A DNA stretch of 64,000 bases from a virus, in IMG/VR virus record IMGVR_UViG_3300008952_002784, positions 1-64,000 of that record, one strand, 5' to 3'. Under the pieces are notes generated by a model. The model was not told where the DNA came from, did not search any database, and saw only the letters and a program-made list of their open reading frames with translations. The translations under genes and the position numbers were made by a program. Each line of letters opens with the position of its first letter. The first letter of the stretch is position 1. Positions 8,055-18,244 of this stretch are shown in pieces.

Positions 8055-9671
8055 ATGACACATCGTTTCGAAAAATACTTTCCGTATGATAATATTAGAG
8101 ATCAGCAGACAACTGCAATCAAATTTGCCCTTCAAGAGTTTATCGATAATGACAAGAAATTTGTGATTATTGAGGCCGGTACCGGGTGTGGCAAGTCAGC
8201 AATTGCGTATACTGTATCACAATATATGAATAAGCATATGCCTGACGTCGATGAGTTCGAACAGGGCACATGGTTTGTAACAACGCAAAAAGTGCTTCAA
8301 GATCAGTATGTCAAAGATTATGCAGCTATGGGTATGAAGTCTATTAAAAGTTCGAGCAATTATATGTGTACGTTCAAAAAGGGAAATACATGTCGTGATA
8401 GTGCTAAAGAACTTCGCGCTGAAGAACGGGGTAGCAAATTTTGGAATGCATGCATGATGGGATGTTTATATAAGAAAAAGAAAGAAGCTTTTTTAAGCTC
8501 GAAGAATAGTGTTACTAACTATCCATACTTTTTGACAGAGGCTACTTATTCCGGAAAGATTGGTGCAAGACAACTTCTTGTTATTGATGAAGCACATAAT
8601 ACAGAAACAGAGTTGAGCAAATTTATTGAAGTAGCTATCACAGAAAGATTTGCTAAAAGTACACTCAAAATGAGTATTCCTAAAAATAACACACAAATAC
8701 AAACTTATAAGTGGGTTAGCAATACATACTTTCCAAAGCTAGCTAGTCATAGATCTCATATTAATTCGATGTTAGAAAAATATAGCGGTCTTAAGGACAA
8801 GCTAAAAGATTTTATTTCACTAGCTAGACAAGTAGATCTGATTAATAGTCACTACGAAAAAATAAAAAGATTCTTAGAATTATATGATAAAGATAATTGG
8901 GTCTTTGACTATGAGAAAGGCTACGGTAGAAAAAGTGATAAAATTATTTTTAAGCCTATCGATGTGTCACCATATGGGTCACAGATAGCCTTTAGACTGG
9001 GTCGCAAAATTCTTATGATGTCCGCAACAATATTAGACAAAGATGGGTACTGCCAATCTCTTGGGATCCCTAAAGATCAAACTGCGTTTATATCGATGCC
9101 CTCACCATTTCCTGTCAAGAACAGACCTATATTTTTCTGCCCAATTGGAAAAATGTCAATGAATCAAATCGATGACACACTGCCAAAGTTGACAAAAGCT
9201 ATCAAGGCAATTCTAGAACAACACAAAAATGACAAAGGAATTATTCATACACATTCATTTAAAATTGCAAATCACCTCAAGAAGAGTTTGAAAAGCAGTA
9301 GAATTATAATTCACGACTCAGATAATCGTGAAGCAATGCTTAAAAAACATATAGCATCAAAAAAGTCGACTGTATTGTTATCACCATCAATGACTGAAGG
9401 GATTGATCTAGTGGGCGAAGCTTCGAGGTTTCAAATAGTTTGCAAAGTACCATATCCATATCTCGGTGACAAGCTTGTTAAAAAGAGAATGAATAAGTGG
9501 AAGTGGTGGTACCCATTACAAACTGCAAAAACTATAGTTCAGTCTGTCGGAAGAAGCGTTAGAAATTCTGAAGACCATGCAGTGACATATATACTAGATG
9601 AGAACTGGGAATTATTTTACAGCAGGAATAAAAAATATTTTCCTGATGAATTCCACAAATGTATGATGTAA
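8055..9671 (+). CDS. DinG/XPD-family SF2 helicase with Fe-S cysteines
   Basis: EAGTGCGKS Walker A, IDEAH, MSAT, EGID, KVPYP and QSVGRSVR motifs; four Cys after motif Ia. Confidence 0.9.
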   Translation: MTHRFEKYFPYDNIRDQQTTAIKFALQEFIDNDKKFVIIEAGTGCGKSAIAYTVSQYMNKHMPDVDEFEQGTWFVTTQKVLQDQYVKDYAAMGMKSIKSSSNYMCTFKKGNTCRDSAKELRAEERGSKFWNACMMGCLYKKKKEAFLSSKNSVTNYPYFLTEATYSGKIGARQLLVIDEAHNTETELSKFIEVAITERFAKSTLKMSIPKNNTQIQTYKWVSNTYFPKLASHRSHINSMLEKYSGLKDKLKDFISLARQVDLINSHYEKIKRFLELYDKDNWVFDYEKGYGRKSDKIIFKPIDVSPYGSQIAFRLGRKILMMSATILDKDGYCQSLGIPKDQTAFISMPSPFPVKNRPIFFCPIGKMSMNQIDDTLPKLTKAIKAILEQHKNDKGIIHTHSFKIANHLKKSLKSSRIIIHDSDNREAMLKKHIASKKSTVLLSPSMTEGIDLVGEASRFQIVCKVPYPYLGDKLVKKRMNKWKWWYPLQTAKTIVQSVGRSVRNSEDHAVTYILDENWELFYSRNKKYFPDEFHKCMM

Positions 9672-9691
9672 CAACAATATGAGGTTTAAAC

Positions 9692-10219
9692 ATGCCAGCA
9701 CTGATATTCGAAGATGTTATCGACTTGAAAGCGCATATCGACAGTAACTATGAAGATTTTTCTATCTATGCAACATCTGGTGGCTTTGATCCTCTGCATG
9801 TAGGACATCTTAGATGTATACAAGGGACAGCAGACATGGCATGTGGTGAGAGCGATCTAAGTCTACCAATGGGTATTGTTGTTGTTATTGTCAATGGTGA
9901 TGGGTTTCTAGAACGCAAGAAAGGATTTTCATTTATGCCCCACAATGAAAGACTAGAAATAGCAGCAGGAGTTGAAGGTGTCGACTTTGTTGTTGGGTGG
10001 GATGATGGCAGCCAATTCGTTACTGAAGCGCTGAGGTGTTTAAAGCCTGACTTCTTTACAAAGGGCGGAGACAGAACAGACAAGACAACTGTTCCGGAAT
10101 TTTCGCTTTGTGAGGAAATTGGGTGTAGGGTTATATTTAACGTCGGGGGAGGAAAAGTTCAGAGTAGTTCAGAACTTGTCAAAAATGCGCAGGAAAAAAA
10201 GAAATCTTCACATATTTGA
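9692..10219 (+). CDS. Cytidylyltransferase-like nucleotidyltransferase (TagD/RfaE-C type)
   Basis: SGGFDPLHVGH (HxGH), KGGDR and KVQSSS motifs. Confidence 0.88.
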   Translation: MPALIFEDVIDLKAHIDSNYEDFSIYATSGGFDPLHVGHLRCIQGTADMACGESDLSLPMGIVVVIVNGDGFLERKKGFSFMPHNERLEIAAGVEGVDFVVGWDDGSQFVTEALRCLKPDFFTKGGDRTDKTTVPEFSLCEEIGCRVIFNVGGGKVQSSSELVKNAQEKKKSSHI

Positions 10220-10700
10220 TTTTGATGACACACTAGTAAAGTCAGACTCTAAAGTTATTATTACTCACATCGATGGCTCTGTTGATGAGCTTACTAGTAG
10301 TGAGTATGCAAAGTATGTCCCCAGGCGCGGTGACGAATTCAATTTTGAAAATTTCGAAAAGTATCCGGACAGCATTGAATTAATTCAACACACATATAAT
10401 AATCTAATCGCAGCTATCAATAAAGACGGAATAAGAAATGTAGTTATATTGACTGCACGTTCAAATCCGGCGCCAGTGAAGAAATTTCTCAAAACACTGA
10501 ATTTGGGTGCAATTGATGTAGAGGCAGTAGGAAGCTCTGACCCTATGCTTAAAGCACTTTATGTAATCAGTAGAATCAAAGATGATGACATTACCATGGT
10601 TCACGTGCATGAAGATAATCTATCTAATATTAGAGCGATTCGCAAAGTTGTCGACAATATGGGAAATATAAAATTTCAGTCGACATTAATAAGACACTAA
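10185..10700 (+). CDS. HAD-superfamily phosphatase-like protein
   Basis: FDFDDTL motif I, ILTAR motif II, HEDNLSN motif IV; start moved to ATG 10185. Confidence 0.8.
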   Translation: MRRKKRNLHIFDFDDTLVKSDSKVIITHIDGSVDELTSSEYAKYVPRRGDEFNFENFEKYPDSIELIQHTYNNLIAAINKDGIRNVVILTARSNPAPVKKFLKTLNLGAIDVEAVGSSDPMLKALYVISRIKDDDITMVHVHEDNLSNIRAIRKVVDNMGNIKFQSTLIRH

Positions 10701-10795
10701 TATATTATCAAATGTTTATTTATAAATATGATAATATGCGCGGGATAATTGAAACACTGCACTAATCGATCTCCCAAACCATACTTAGAGGTAAT

Positions 10796-11998
10796 ATGTC
10801 AATTTTTCGTGAACATAAGAGAGTTGCAGATCGATCAGCATCTGACAGACGTCGTCACAAAAAGAAAATTGAGAGAGCGATTAGAGATGGTGTACACCAT
10901 ATTGTCGCAGATGAGTCTATTATTGGTCAAGATGGGACAAAAAAAATAAAAATCCCGGTCCGTGGTATCAAAGAATATAAATTTATCTACGGTGACAACA
11001 AAACTAACAAGAACGTAGGTTCTGCTCCCGGCAAGGACATCAAAAAAGGTCAAGTTATTGGCGATGCTGGTAGTCCCCAACAAGCACCTGGATCGGGTGA
11101 GCCTGGGAATGAAGCTGGTGAAGAGTATTACGAGGTAGAAATTACCCTCGAGGAATTATCATACTACTTGTTCAATGATTTAGAATTACCTGATCTAGAA
11201 AAAAAGACTCTCAAGAATATTGTGGGTGAAAAAATTAAGCGCCATGGCTATAGAAAGAATGGAATTCGGCCGCGACTTGATAAGAAAAAGACGATTATAA
11301 ACAAAATCAAGAGGCAGAAAGCAACTAACCATGAAAATAAATTATCTGGCAGTGTAGGAAACGATGAAGAGAGCTTTCCATTTCATGAAAACGACTTACA
11401 GTACAGGCACATCAAGGTTACAAATAAAGAATCTAGTAACGCTGTAATATTTTTCCTCATGGATGTGTCCGGTTCGATGACACAAGAAAAGAAATTTTTA
11501 GCTAGAAGCTTCTATTTTCTATTGTATCATTTCATTAGACATCGCTATGAAAAAGTCGACGTCATATTTATAGCACATGACTCAGAAGCATATGAAGTTG
11601 ATGAAGAAAAGTTTTTTCAGCGTGGTAATAGTGGCGGTACAATAGTCTCGTCAGGTTTAGTCAAGATTAATAATATTATTGATAAGCGTTATCACCCATC
11701 ATTGTGGAACGTATATGTTTTTCAATGCTCTGATGGTGATAACTGGTCTAGTGATACTCAAAAAACTCTAGAAGAAGCTCAAAAGCTAAAAGACAAAAGC
11801 CAACTATTTGGCTACTGCGAAATTGAGCCTGAGGATGAGAGAATTAAGTGGACAACTAGCGAGTCTAGAATGTCATCTGTATATGAAGTACTTAGTGGCG
11901 GAAATTTTAAAATTGTCAAAGTTTTCAATAAGCATGATATATGGCCAGGGTTTCAGAAACTATTGGGCAAAAAAATGATAGGCAAGGACAATACATAA
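10796..11998 (+). CDS. yeaH: YeaH/YhbH (DUF444) vWA-like protein
   Basis: DRRRH...; FFLMDVSGSM (MIDAS DxSxS), SGGTIVSS and SDGDNW motifs. Confidence 0.92.
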   Translation: MSIFREHKRVADRSASDRRRHKKKIERAIRDGVHHIVADESIIGQDGTKKIKIPVRGIKEYKFIYGDNKTNKNVGSAPGKDIKKGQVIGDAGSPQQAPGSGEPGNEAGEEYYEVEITLEELSYYLFNDLELPDLEKKTLKNIVGEKIKRHGYRKNGIRPRLDKKKTIINKIKRQKATNHENKLSGSVGNDEESFPFHENDLQYRHIKVTNKESSNAVIFFLMDVSGSMTQEKKFLARSFYFLLYHFIRHRYEKVDVIFIAHDSEAYEVDEEKFFQRGNSGGTIVSSGLVKINNIIDKRYHPSLWNVYVFQCSDGDNWSSDTQKTLEEAQKLKDKSQLFGYCEIEPEDERIKWTTSESRMSSVYEVLSGGNFKIVKVFNKHDIWPGFQKLLGKKMIGKDNT

Positions 11999-13311
11999 TG
12001 TTTTTAGAAGACTGGGATTTCAAATTTCTTCAAGAGTGGGATGATAAAATAAAGATTGCAGCTGAAGAAGCTGGATTAGATTGGTTTGACATACATTACG
12101 AGGTATGTGATTACTTGTCAATGATAGGCCACATGTCATACCATGGTATGCCTTCTCATTACGGTCATTGGAGTTTTGGAAAGTCATTTGAAAGAACTCA
12201 ACAGCAATACAATTTGGGCATGTCCGGGCTCCCTTACGAGCTTATAATAAACTCTGATCCCTCGATTGCATATCTCATGCGTGAAAATGCTGCGTACCTT
12301 CAGTTGCTGATTATGTGTCACTGTGTAGGTCACTCTGATTTCTTCAAAAATAATCGTATGTTTAGTCATACTGGGCCCAAGTCTATTGTTCAAAGAATGC
12401 GATCATCTAGAAAAAGAATTCAATCGTACATTGAAGATCCAACTATTGGAATTGTGTTAGTAGAAGAAGTTCTAGATGCTGCGCATGCGATTCAATTCCA
12501 AACTCATAGATATCATATTAATCGACCGTCTGAAGAAGAGCTCAGAGAAAAATATACCAAATTGATAAAAGAAGATGTTGATGGGAAGTACAAAGATTTT
12601 GATCTAGATGATATACCACTTGAGCCTGAGTATGATTTACTCAATTTTGTCATTAATCACGCGCCGAAGATTCCGGACTGGAAAAAAGATATTCTAGAAA
12701 TTGTCCGGAACCAATCACAATATTTTATCCCTCAAATTCAGACAAAAATAATGAATGAGGGCTGGGCATCATTCTGGCACTATAGACTAATGCATACACT
12801 TGATCTTCCACAAGAATATCATCTTCCTTTTTTGAAAAGTCATAATCAAGTTATTAGACCGCATATTGGTGGTCTAAATCCTTACCATCTGGGTTTTGAA
12901 ATGTTCAAAAGAATTGAAGAGCGTCACGGAATAGATGAGTGCTTTATTGCAAGAGAAACATGCCATGATGCATCTTTTCTACGACAATACCTTACACAAA
13001 ATGACTGTTACGAGTTAGGATTGTTTAGTTTTTCTAAACAAAAGGACAAATTTGTCATTGATGAAATATCAAATGATGAAGGATGGAAAAGTGTGAGAAG
13101 TGACTTAATCAACAATGTTGGGACTAATGGTATACCCGTTATCTATATTGATAGTATTGATGACGGTGACATGCTAATATTACGTCATGAGCATGATGGT
13201 AGAGATTTAGATCTTTCACATGCTGACGAGGTTGTTGTACACTTAACAACTTTATGGGGTGACGTCGTCAAATTATACACAATTGTCGAAGGCGACATCT
13301 GGGAGATCTGA
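11998..13311 (+). CDS. spoVR: SpoVR/YcgB family protein
   Basis: HWSFGK, YELIINSDP, HCVGHSDFFKNN, QTKIMNEGWASFWH and NPYHLG; start at the TAATG overlap at 11998. Confidence 0.93.
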   Translation: MFLEDWDFKFLQEWDDKIKIAAEEAGLDWFDIHYEVCDYLSMIGHMSYHGMPSHYGHWSFGKSFERTQQQYNLGMSGLPYELIINSDPSIAYLMRENAAYLQLLIMCHCVGHSDFFKNNRMFSHTGPKSIVQRMRSSRKRIQSYIEDPTIGIVLVEEVLDAAHAIQFQTHRYHINRPSEEELREKYTKLIKEDVDGKYKDFDLDDIPLEPEYDLLNFVINHAPKIPDWKKDILEIVRNQSQYFIPQIQTKIMNEGWASFWHYRLMHTLDLPQEYHLPFLKSHNQVIRPHIGGLNPYHLGFEMFKRIEERHGIDECFIARETCHDASFLRQYLTQNDCYELGLFSFSKQKDKFVIDEISNDEGWKSVRSDLINNVGTNGIPVIYIDSIDDGDMLILRHEHDGRDLDLSHADEVVVHLTTLWGDVVKLYTIVEGDIWEI

Positions 13312-13351
13312 GTTATGAAAAATCAATTAATCACCAAGGGTAAGGTAACCA

Positions 13352-15301
13352 ATGAGTAAGAAAAAAGCTGTGACAGAAAAAGAATTCTTAGACATTATTC
13401 ATAGTCAGCGTTCTGACAGTAGAAAAGAAAAGAAATTTCGAGGCACATTTTTAGAGTATTTAGATCTCGTCAAGAAGAATCCGGAGATCGTAATACTGTC
13501 ACACAAAAGACTTCGAAATGCACTCGAATCCCATGGTGTCCGAACAATGGATAGCAGTGACTCTAGAAAAAACAAGATCTTCGGTGGTGATAATATCAAA
13601 ATATATGATTATTTTGATAGTGAGTTTTTTGGTATGGAACGAGTAATCTCAAAAATAATGAGATTCTTGAATTCAGCTGCTAGTAAGGGAGAAGAGAGTC
13701 GACAAGTTCTACTTCTAATGGGCCCAGTTGGTGCAGGAAAATCTGCGCTTACAGAGCATATCAAAAGCTCCCTAGAGGGATTTACTTACTATCACTTAGA
13801 AAATGATCCTCAAAGAGGTGAGCCGTTACAGCTAATTCCAAGAAGTCTTAGGGATCAGTTCAATAGCATGCTAGGTGTATCGATCGATGGAGATATAAGT
13901 CCAGTAGCTAGATGGAACCTTCTAGAAGACTATGATGGAAAATATGAAGACATGACTGTTGTTGAAACAACATTTTCTCAGCGAGGCCGGAGAGGAATTG
14001 CATCAGTCCCACCAATGGACGCAAATAGTCAGGATGTAGGAGTTTTGATTGGTACAGAGGATATATCTAAGCTTGATAAGTACTCTGAAGATGACCCACG
14101 TGTTCTATCACTTAACGGTGCATTCAATGTCGGTAATCGTGGGATTGTAGAGTTAGTTGAGGTTTTCAAGAACGAAATAGAATTCTTGCACACCATTATC
14201 ACAGCAACACAAGAAAAAAGAATCCCATCACCTGGAAAGAATGACATGTTGCACTTTGACGGTGTTATTCTTGCACACTGTAATGAATCAGAGTGGAATC
14301 GATTCCAGAGTGAGCATACTAACGAAGCTATTATGGATAGAATTGTTAAGATCAATGTTCCCTATATTTTAGAATTAGATAGAGAAGTCATGATTTATGA
14401 GAAAATTCTTAGTAGGTCTGATTTTGACGCCCATATTGCGCCGCATACTCTAGAGGTTGCTAGCATGTTCTCTGTACTTTCTAGACTTAAGCCCTCTAGC
14501 AAGTGTGATCTACTTACAAAGATGAAAATATATAACGGTGATGAAGTTATTGAAAAAGGTCGTGTAAAGAAGGTAGACATTGAAGATCTAAGAGAAGAGT
14601 CTAGCGATGAGGGGATGAAAGGTATATCAACACGATTCATAATGAAAGCTATAGATAATGCACTAACTGACTCTGACAAAAATATCATAACACCTATAGC
14701 GATTATAGATAGTGTTATCAAGCAAGTCAAAGAACAGATTATCAATGAAGAATTCAAGACTAAGTGTCTAGAAATCATTCAGCAAACTGTTAGAGAAGAA
14801 TACTTGAAAATTCTAGAAACAGAAATTGCTAAAGCATTCATATCAGCTTACTCAGAACAGGCTCAGAATTTATTTGATACATACTTGGATAATGCTGAAG
14901 CTTACACAACACGTCAAAAAATGAAAGATAAAGTTACGAAAGAAGAGCGATCTCCCGACGAACACTTCATGAAGATTATCGAAGAGCAAATTGGTATTAT
15001 AGGGTCTGCACGTGATGGATTCAGAAGTGATGTTACTGCTTATATGTTTGCAAAAATGAGACGCAAAGAAACAATCAATTATCAAAGTTATGAGCCGCTC
15101 AAAGAAGCTATAGAGAATTATCTAATAGGCTCAGTCAAAGATATGGCTAGAATTGTTACAAAATCTAAAACCAGAGATGATGACCAACAGAAAAAATATT
15201 CTGAAATGGTACAGACGCTAATTGACGATTATGGTTATAATGAACATAGCGCTGAAGAGATTCTGACGTATGCTAGTAACAATCTTTGGCGAGATAACTA
15301 A
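13352..15301 (+). CDS. prkA: PrkA/YeaG AAA+ ATPase ('serine protein kinase')
   Basis: EFFGME, LLMGPVGAGKS Walker A, GNRGIVELVEVFK, HCNESEW, EAIMDRI and EGMKGISTRF. Confidence 0.93.
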   Translation: MSKKKAVTEKEFLDIIHSQRSDSRKEKKFRGTFLEYLDLVKKNPEIVILSHKRLRNALESHGVRTMDSSDSRKNKIFGGDNIKIYDYFDSEFFGMERVISKIMRFLNSAASKGEESRQVLLLMGPVGAGKSALTEHIKSSLEGFTYYHLENDPQRGEPLQLIPRSLRDQFNSMLGVSIDGDISPVARWNLLEDYDGKYEDMTVVETTFSQRGRRGIASVPPMDANSQDVGVLIGTEDISKLDKYSEDDPRVLSLNGAFNVGNRGIVELVEVFKNEIEFLHTIITATQEKRIPSPGKNDMLHFDGVILAHCNESEWNRFQSEHTNEAIMDRIVKINVPYILELDREVMIYEKILSRSDFDAHIAPHTLEVASMFSVLSRLKPSSKCDLLTKMKIYNGDEVIEKGRVKKVDIEDLREESSDEGMKGISTRFIMKAIDNALTDSDKNIITPIAIIDSVIKQVKEQIINEEFKTKCLEIIQQTVREEYLKILETEIAKAFISAYSEQAQNLFDTYLDNAEAYTTRQKMKDKVTKEERSPDEHFMKIIEEQIGIIGSARDGFRSDVTAYMFAKMRRKETINYQSYEPLKEAIENYLIGSVKDMARIVTKSKTRDDDQQKKYSEMVQTLIDDYGYNEHSAEEILTYASNNLWRDN

Positions 15302-15327
15302 TACCTCAAACAGCAACAGGAGACCAA

Positions 15328-15591
15328 GTGTCAAAAAACAGTATTAACATTCAACTTCCGGAGATTTTGTGCATATGCAGCTGTACACTCCTAATTTCAG
15401 GGTTGACATGGCAAGCCTGGCTATTTTTTGGCTTAGGCCTCTTTGGAGCACTTATTAGAACATCTCTTTTACTACAGACACAGAAATTAGCTAAAGAAAA
15501 AGTTGAAAGCAGTACTGGTATGCTAGCTGACATCGGTAAAGAAATAGTAAATGCTGTTAAGAATTCTGGTAATGATAATCGATATCACTAA
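15328..15591 (+). CDS. Small membrane protein
   Basis: AGGAG RBS with GTG start; two hydrophobic segments. Confidence 0.6.
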   Translation: MSKNSINIQLPEILCICSCTLLISGLTWQAWLFFGLGLFGALIRTSLLLQTQKLAKEKVESSTGMLADIGKEIVNAVKNSGNDNRYH

Positions 15592-15608
15592 AACGAGGTA
15601 CATCTCAT

Positions 15609-17009
15609 ATGAAATCCCGGGTGCTCTCAAGCAGTGATGTTGATAAAAAGCTTATTTCTTATGTTTCAGATTTAGATGAGTATGTAAACTTACTCTTTGA
15701 TGGTAAATCAACTATAGCATATACAGGGGGCGTCATAGGATTAGCACCGATAGATATTCTTCGAATGACAGGAGAATGTCCTCTAAGCAATACTAATGAT
15801 ATCCTCCTAAGGAATGTATTGATAAACTCTATCATTACATCAGAGAACAAGTGGAGCTGCTCTGGTGTTATCACAGTGCTAGCCTTCTTAGAGATGTCTA
15901 AATACTTAATCAAACGTAAAAAATTACGTAATAATGAGACACTCAATGACATCGACGTAATAATTTCTAGACTTTCAAAGCAAACTAGAAGATGCTCATC
16001 ATCTCAAGCACTCACAATATGCGAAAACATAATGAAAGATGACCTGTCTTCACACGCAGTGAAAAAGACAGTTCAGATGTCTGGGGCTGACGGTCAAATT
16101 CATTTTGTACAAAGAGATTCACCATCAAGCTATATTCGTGTAAAGAGTGGATATAAATTTCTGAAATGTGATATTCCTGAAATATTTCAGAAAGAGTATA
16201 GTAATTTGCCATGGATTAGGTCAAATCCCAAAGTATTGATAATCGATGGCATCGTAGAGTCTATAGGTTCAATTCATAATATTTTGGACGCGTCTATAAA
16301 AGATCATGATTCATGTGTGATTATCGCGCGCGGGTTTGGAGGCGATGTTGAAAATACACTAGCTGTCAATATGTCATATGGGCGTCTGAACGTCTTTCCA
16401 ATTGCGGTGCAGTCTGATGAAATTGGTGCTAATCAATTGTTTGATATTGCAGCTGTGTGTAATGCTGATGTTGTCTCTTCTCTTAAGGGTGATGTCATAT
16501 CTTGCAAAACATTTGAAGACTTAGTTAGTATTGATGAAATTGAGATTACTGATCGCGGGGTTACGATTTACAATGACACCACTAAGACTCTTGTCGCAAA
16601 AAGAAGATCATCTCTCAAGAAAAAGCTGGGAAATATCGACACTAGCAATGGATTTGACTCTGCAGAATTTCAAAGGAATATGTTTAGTGAAAGAATTCGA
16701 TCACTAATTGACAAGGGTGTAGAGCTAAATGTTGGATCTGATTTTGGTGTTAGCAGCGGAATTACTAGAGACAGAATAGAGTCAGGAATTAGAGTCTATA
16801 GAGACTCATGTCGCCATGGAATAATAAGCACATCAGATTCTATAAACTATTTGCCGAGACACCTCAGAAGCATAGCTTCCAGACTCGAGTCTGCTGGGAT
16901 ATATAATATGTCAGCGCCCGGATTTCTTGCCGGCCTCAAGATTGGGCATCAAACAGCAATTACTTGTTCTAGGGTGGGTGCATGGGTTGTGTGCGATGAA
17001 TCATACTAA
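15609..17009 (+). CDS. Divergent GroEL/Cpn60-like chaperonin
   Basis: Apical-domain similarity (PKVLIIDG, IIARGFGGDVENTLAVN, LFDIAAVCNADVV, ERIRSL, RDRIESG); GDGTTT motif absent. Confidence 0.7.
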   Translation: MKSRVLSSSDVDKKLISYVSDLDEYVNLLFDGKSTIAYTGGVIGLAPIDILRMTGECPLSNTNDILLRNVLINSIITSENKWSCSGVITVLAFLEMSKYLIKRKKLRNNETLNDIDVIISRLSKQTRRCSSSQALTICENIMKDDLSSHAVKKTVQMSGADGQIHFVQRDSPSSYIRVKSGYKFLKCDIPEIFQKEYSNLPWIRSNPKVLIIDGIVESIGSIHNILDASIKDHDSCVIIARGFGGDVENTLAVNMSYGRLNVFPIAVQSDEIGANQLFDIAAVCNADVVSSLKGDVISCKTFEDLVSIDEIEITDRGVTIYNDTTKTLVAKRRSSLKKKLGNIDTSNGFDSAEFQRNMFSERIRSLIDKGVELNVGSDFGVSSGITRDRIESGIRVYRDSCRHGIISTSDSINYLPRHLRSIASRLESAGIYNMSAPGFLAGLKIGHQTAITCSRVGAWVVCDESY

Positions 17010-17490
17010 TATAGCTAATAGTCACAAATCTATATGGCGTAGATCATATGATGGCAGCAATATTAGTCTAAAAGATATCATCAGCATTATCAAACAAAAG
17101 AAAGATTACACAGTACATGTAGGAACAGATTCTCACAATTCTAGAAGTGTACGAGATCGATATGTCTTCTCTAGCACCATATGTCTTTATCTAGAGGGAA
17201 AGGGCGGATTTTATTTTTTCTGCAGAGATGTACCAGACATAAAATACAGTTCTTTGTCAGGACGATTAACAGAAGAAGTCAATCGATCGCTAGCTGTATC
17301 TAATAGTATTCGTAAAGTGCTAGCTAACAGAAAGATTGCTGTACATGTCGATGTCAATAAAGACACTAAATTCAAGAGCGGTAAATTTTCTTCAATATTT
17401 AAGAGTTGGGTTATGTCTTCTGGTTACTCGTATGTACAGAAGCCAGATTCATGGGCTTCATGTTGTGTTGCCGACCGACATGCTAAGTAA
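16996..17490 (+). CDS. RNase H-like YkuK (DUF458) family protein
   Basis: VHVGTDS, RLTEEVNRS, VHVDVN and KPDSWASCCVADRH; start moved to ATG 16996. Confidence 0.82.
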   Translation: MNHTNIANSHKSIWRRSYDGSNISLKDIISIIKQKKDYTVHVGTDSHNSRSVRDRYVFSSTICLYLEGKGGFYFFCRDVPDIKYSSLSGRLTEEVNRSLAVSNSIRKVLANRKIAVHVDVNKDTKFKSGKFSSIFKSWVMSSGYSYVQKPDSWASCCVADRHAK

Positions 17491-17495
17491 TATTA

Positions 17496-17524
17496 TTTTA
17501 CTTCCTCGCTGCCCAGGTTAATGT
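17496..17524 (+). promoter_or_regulatory. Putative promoter TTTTAC-N17-TAATGT
   Basis: Upstream of the AGGAGG RBS and ATG 17545; recurring motif. Confidence 0.5.
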
Positions 17525-17544
17525 TTCTGAAACAGGAGGATATT

Positions 17545-17763
17545 ATGACATTACAAACTCAAGTTGGCAGAAATGCAATAGATGTTCTAGAAGTTATCAA
17601 AACAGCAGTGGTTACTGAACTACTTGAAGCTAAAGGTGTTGGGGCACTAACACTATCAGATAAGGAAATGTCCGTGCTAGTCAGGTTAGTAACAGGCTCA
17701 ATCGAGAAATCATTTCAGAACGGCTTGAATAGCATACTTTCGCCGCTAGAAAAAGCTTCCTAA
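17545..17763 (+). CDS. Hypothetical protein
   Basis: Strong AGGAGG RBS before ATG 17545. Confidence 0.65.
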   Translation: MTLQTQVGRNAIDVLEVIKTAVVTELLEAKGVGALTLSDKEMSVLVRLVTGSIEKSFQNGLNSILSPLEKAS

Positions 17764-17773
17764 GTGTTATTCA

Positions 17774-18244
17774 GTGTATGGTATTAAGCACATGATTGAT
17801 TGTCACTGCATTCTTCCACAATATAAGCGAAAAAGCAATCCGCTATTTCATAAATTCGTGGTTTTTTCTATTGTAGACGAAAGTGACACTGTAATACCAA
17901 AGTACTCACAATGTAATAATTGTGGTGTGGTTCACAAAGTATACGATTTGTGTAAGTCAGAAATAATTGCGGGAAAAGACGAGACAAGAGCTGTTGCATC
18001 TATTGAAGATGTTAGTTATTCAATACCAGCAGACTTGAGAGACTTATTGAAAACATATGATTGTGACATAGCAACATGGGAACATACAAAATATGCTGTG
18101 GAGCATAGAAAATATGGTGAGAAGATTATCTTGACTAGAGAGATGGTTGACACTGAAATTACCGGCAAGGTTTTGGTTATTAAAGAAAAAGATAAATTTG
18201 TAGTAGAATCATATATTGAAGAAACAGCGACAAGCGAACGATGA
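17774..18244 (+). CDS. Hypothetical Cys-containing (Zn-binding?) protein
   Basis: CHC...CNNC...C pattern. Confidence 0.65.
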   Translation: MYGIKHMIDCHCILPQYKRKSNPLFHKFVVFSIVDESDTVIPKYSQCNNCGVVHKVYDLCKSEIIAGKDETRAVASIEDVSYSIPADLRDLLKTYDCDIATWEHTKYAVEHRKYGEKIILTREMVDTEITGKVLVIKEKDKFVVESYIEETATSER

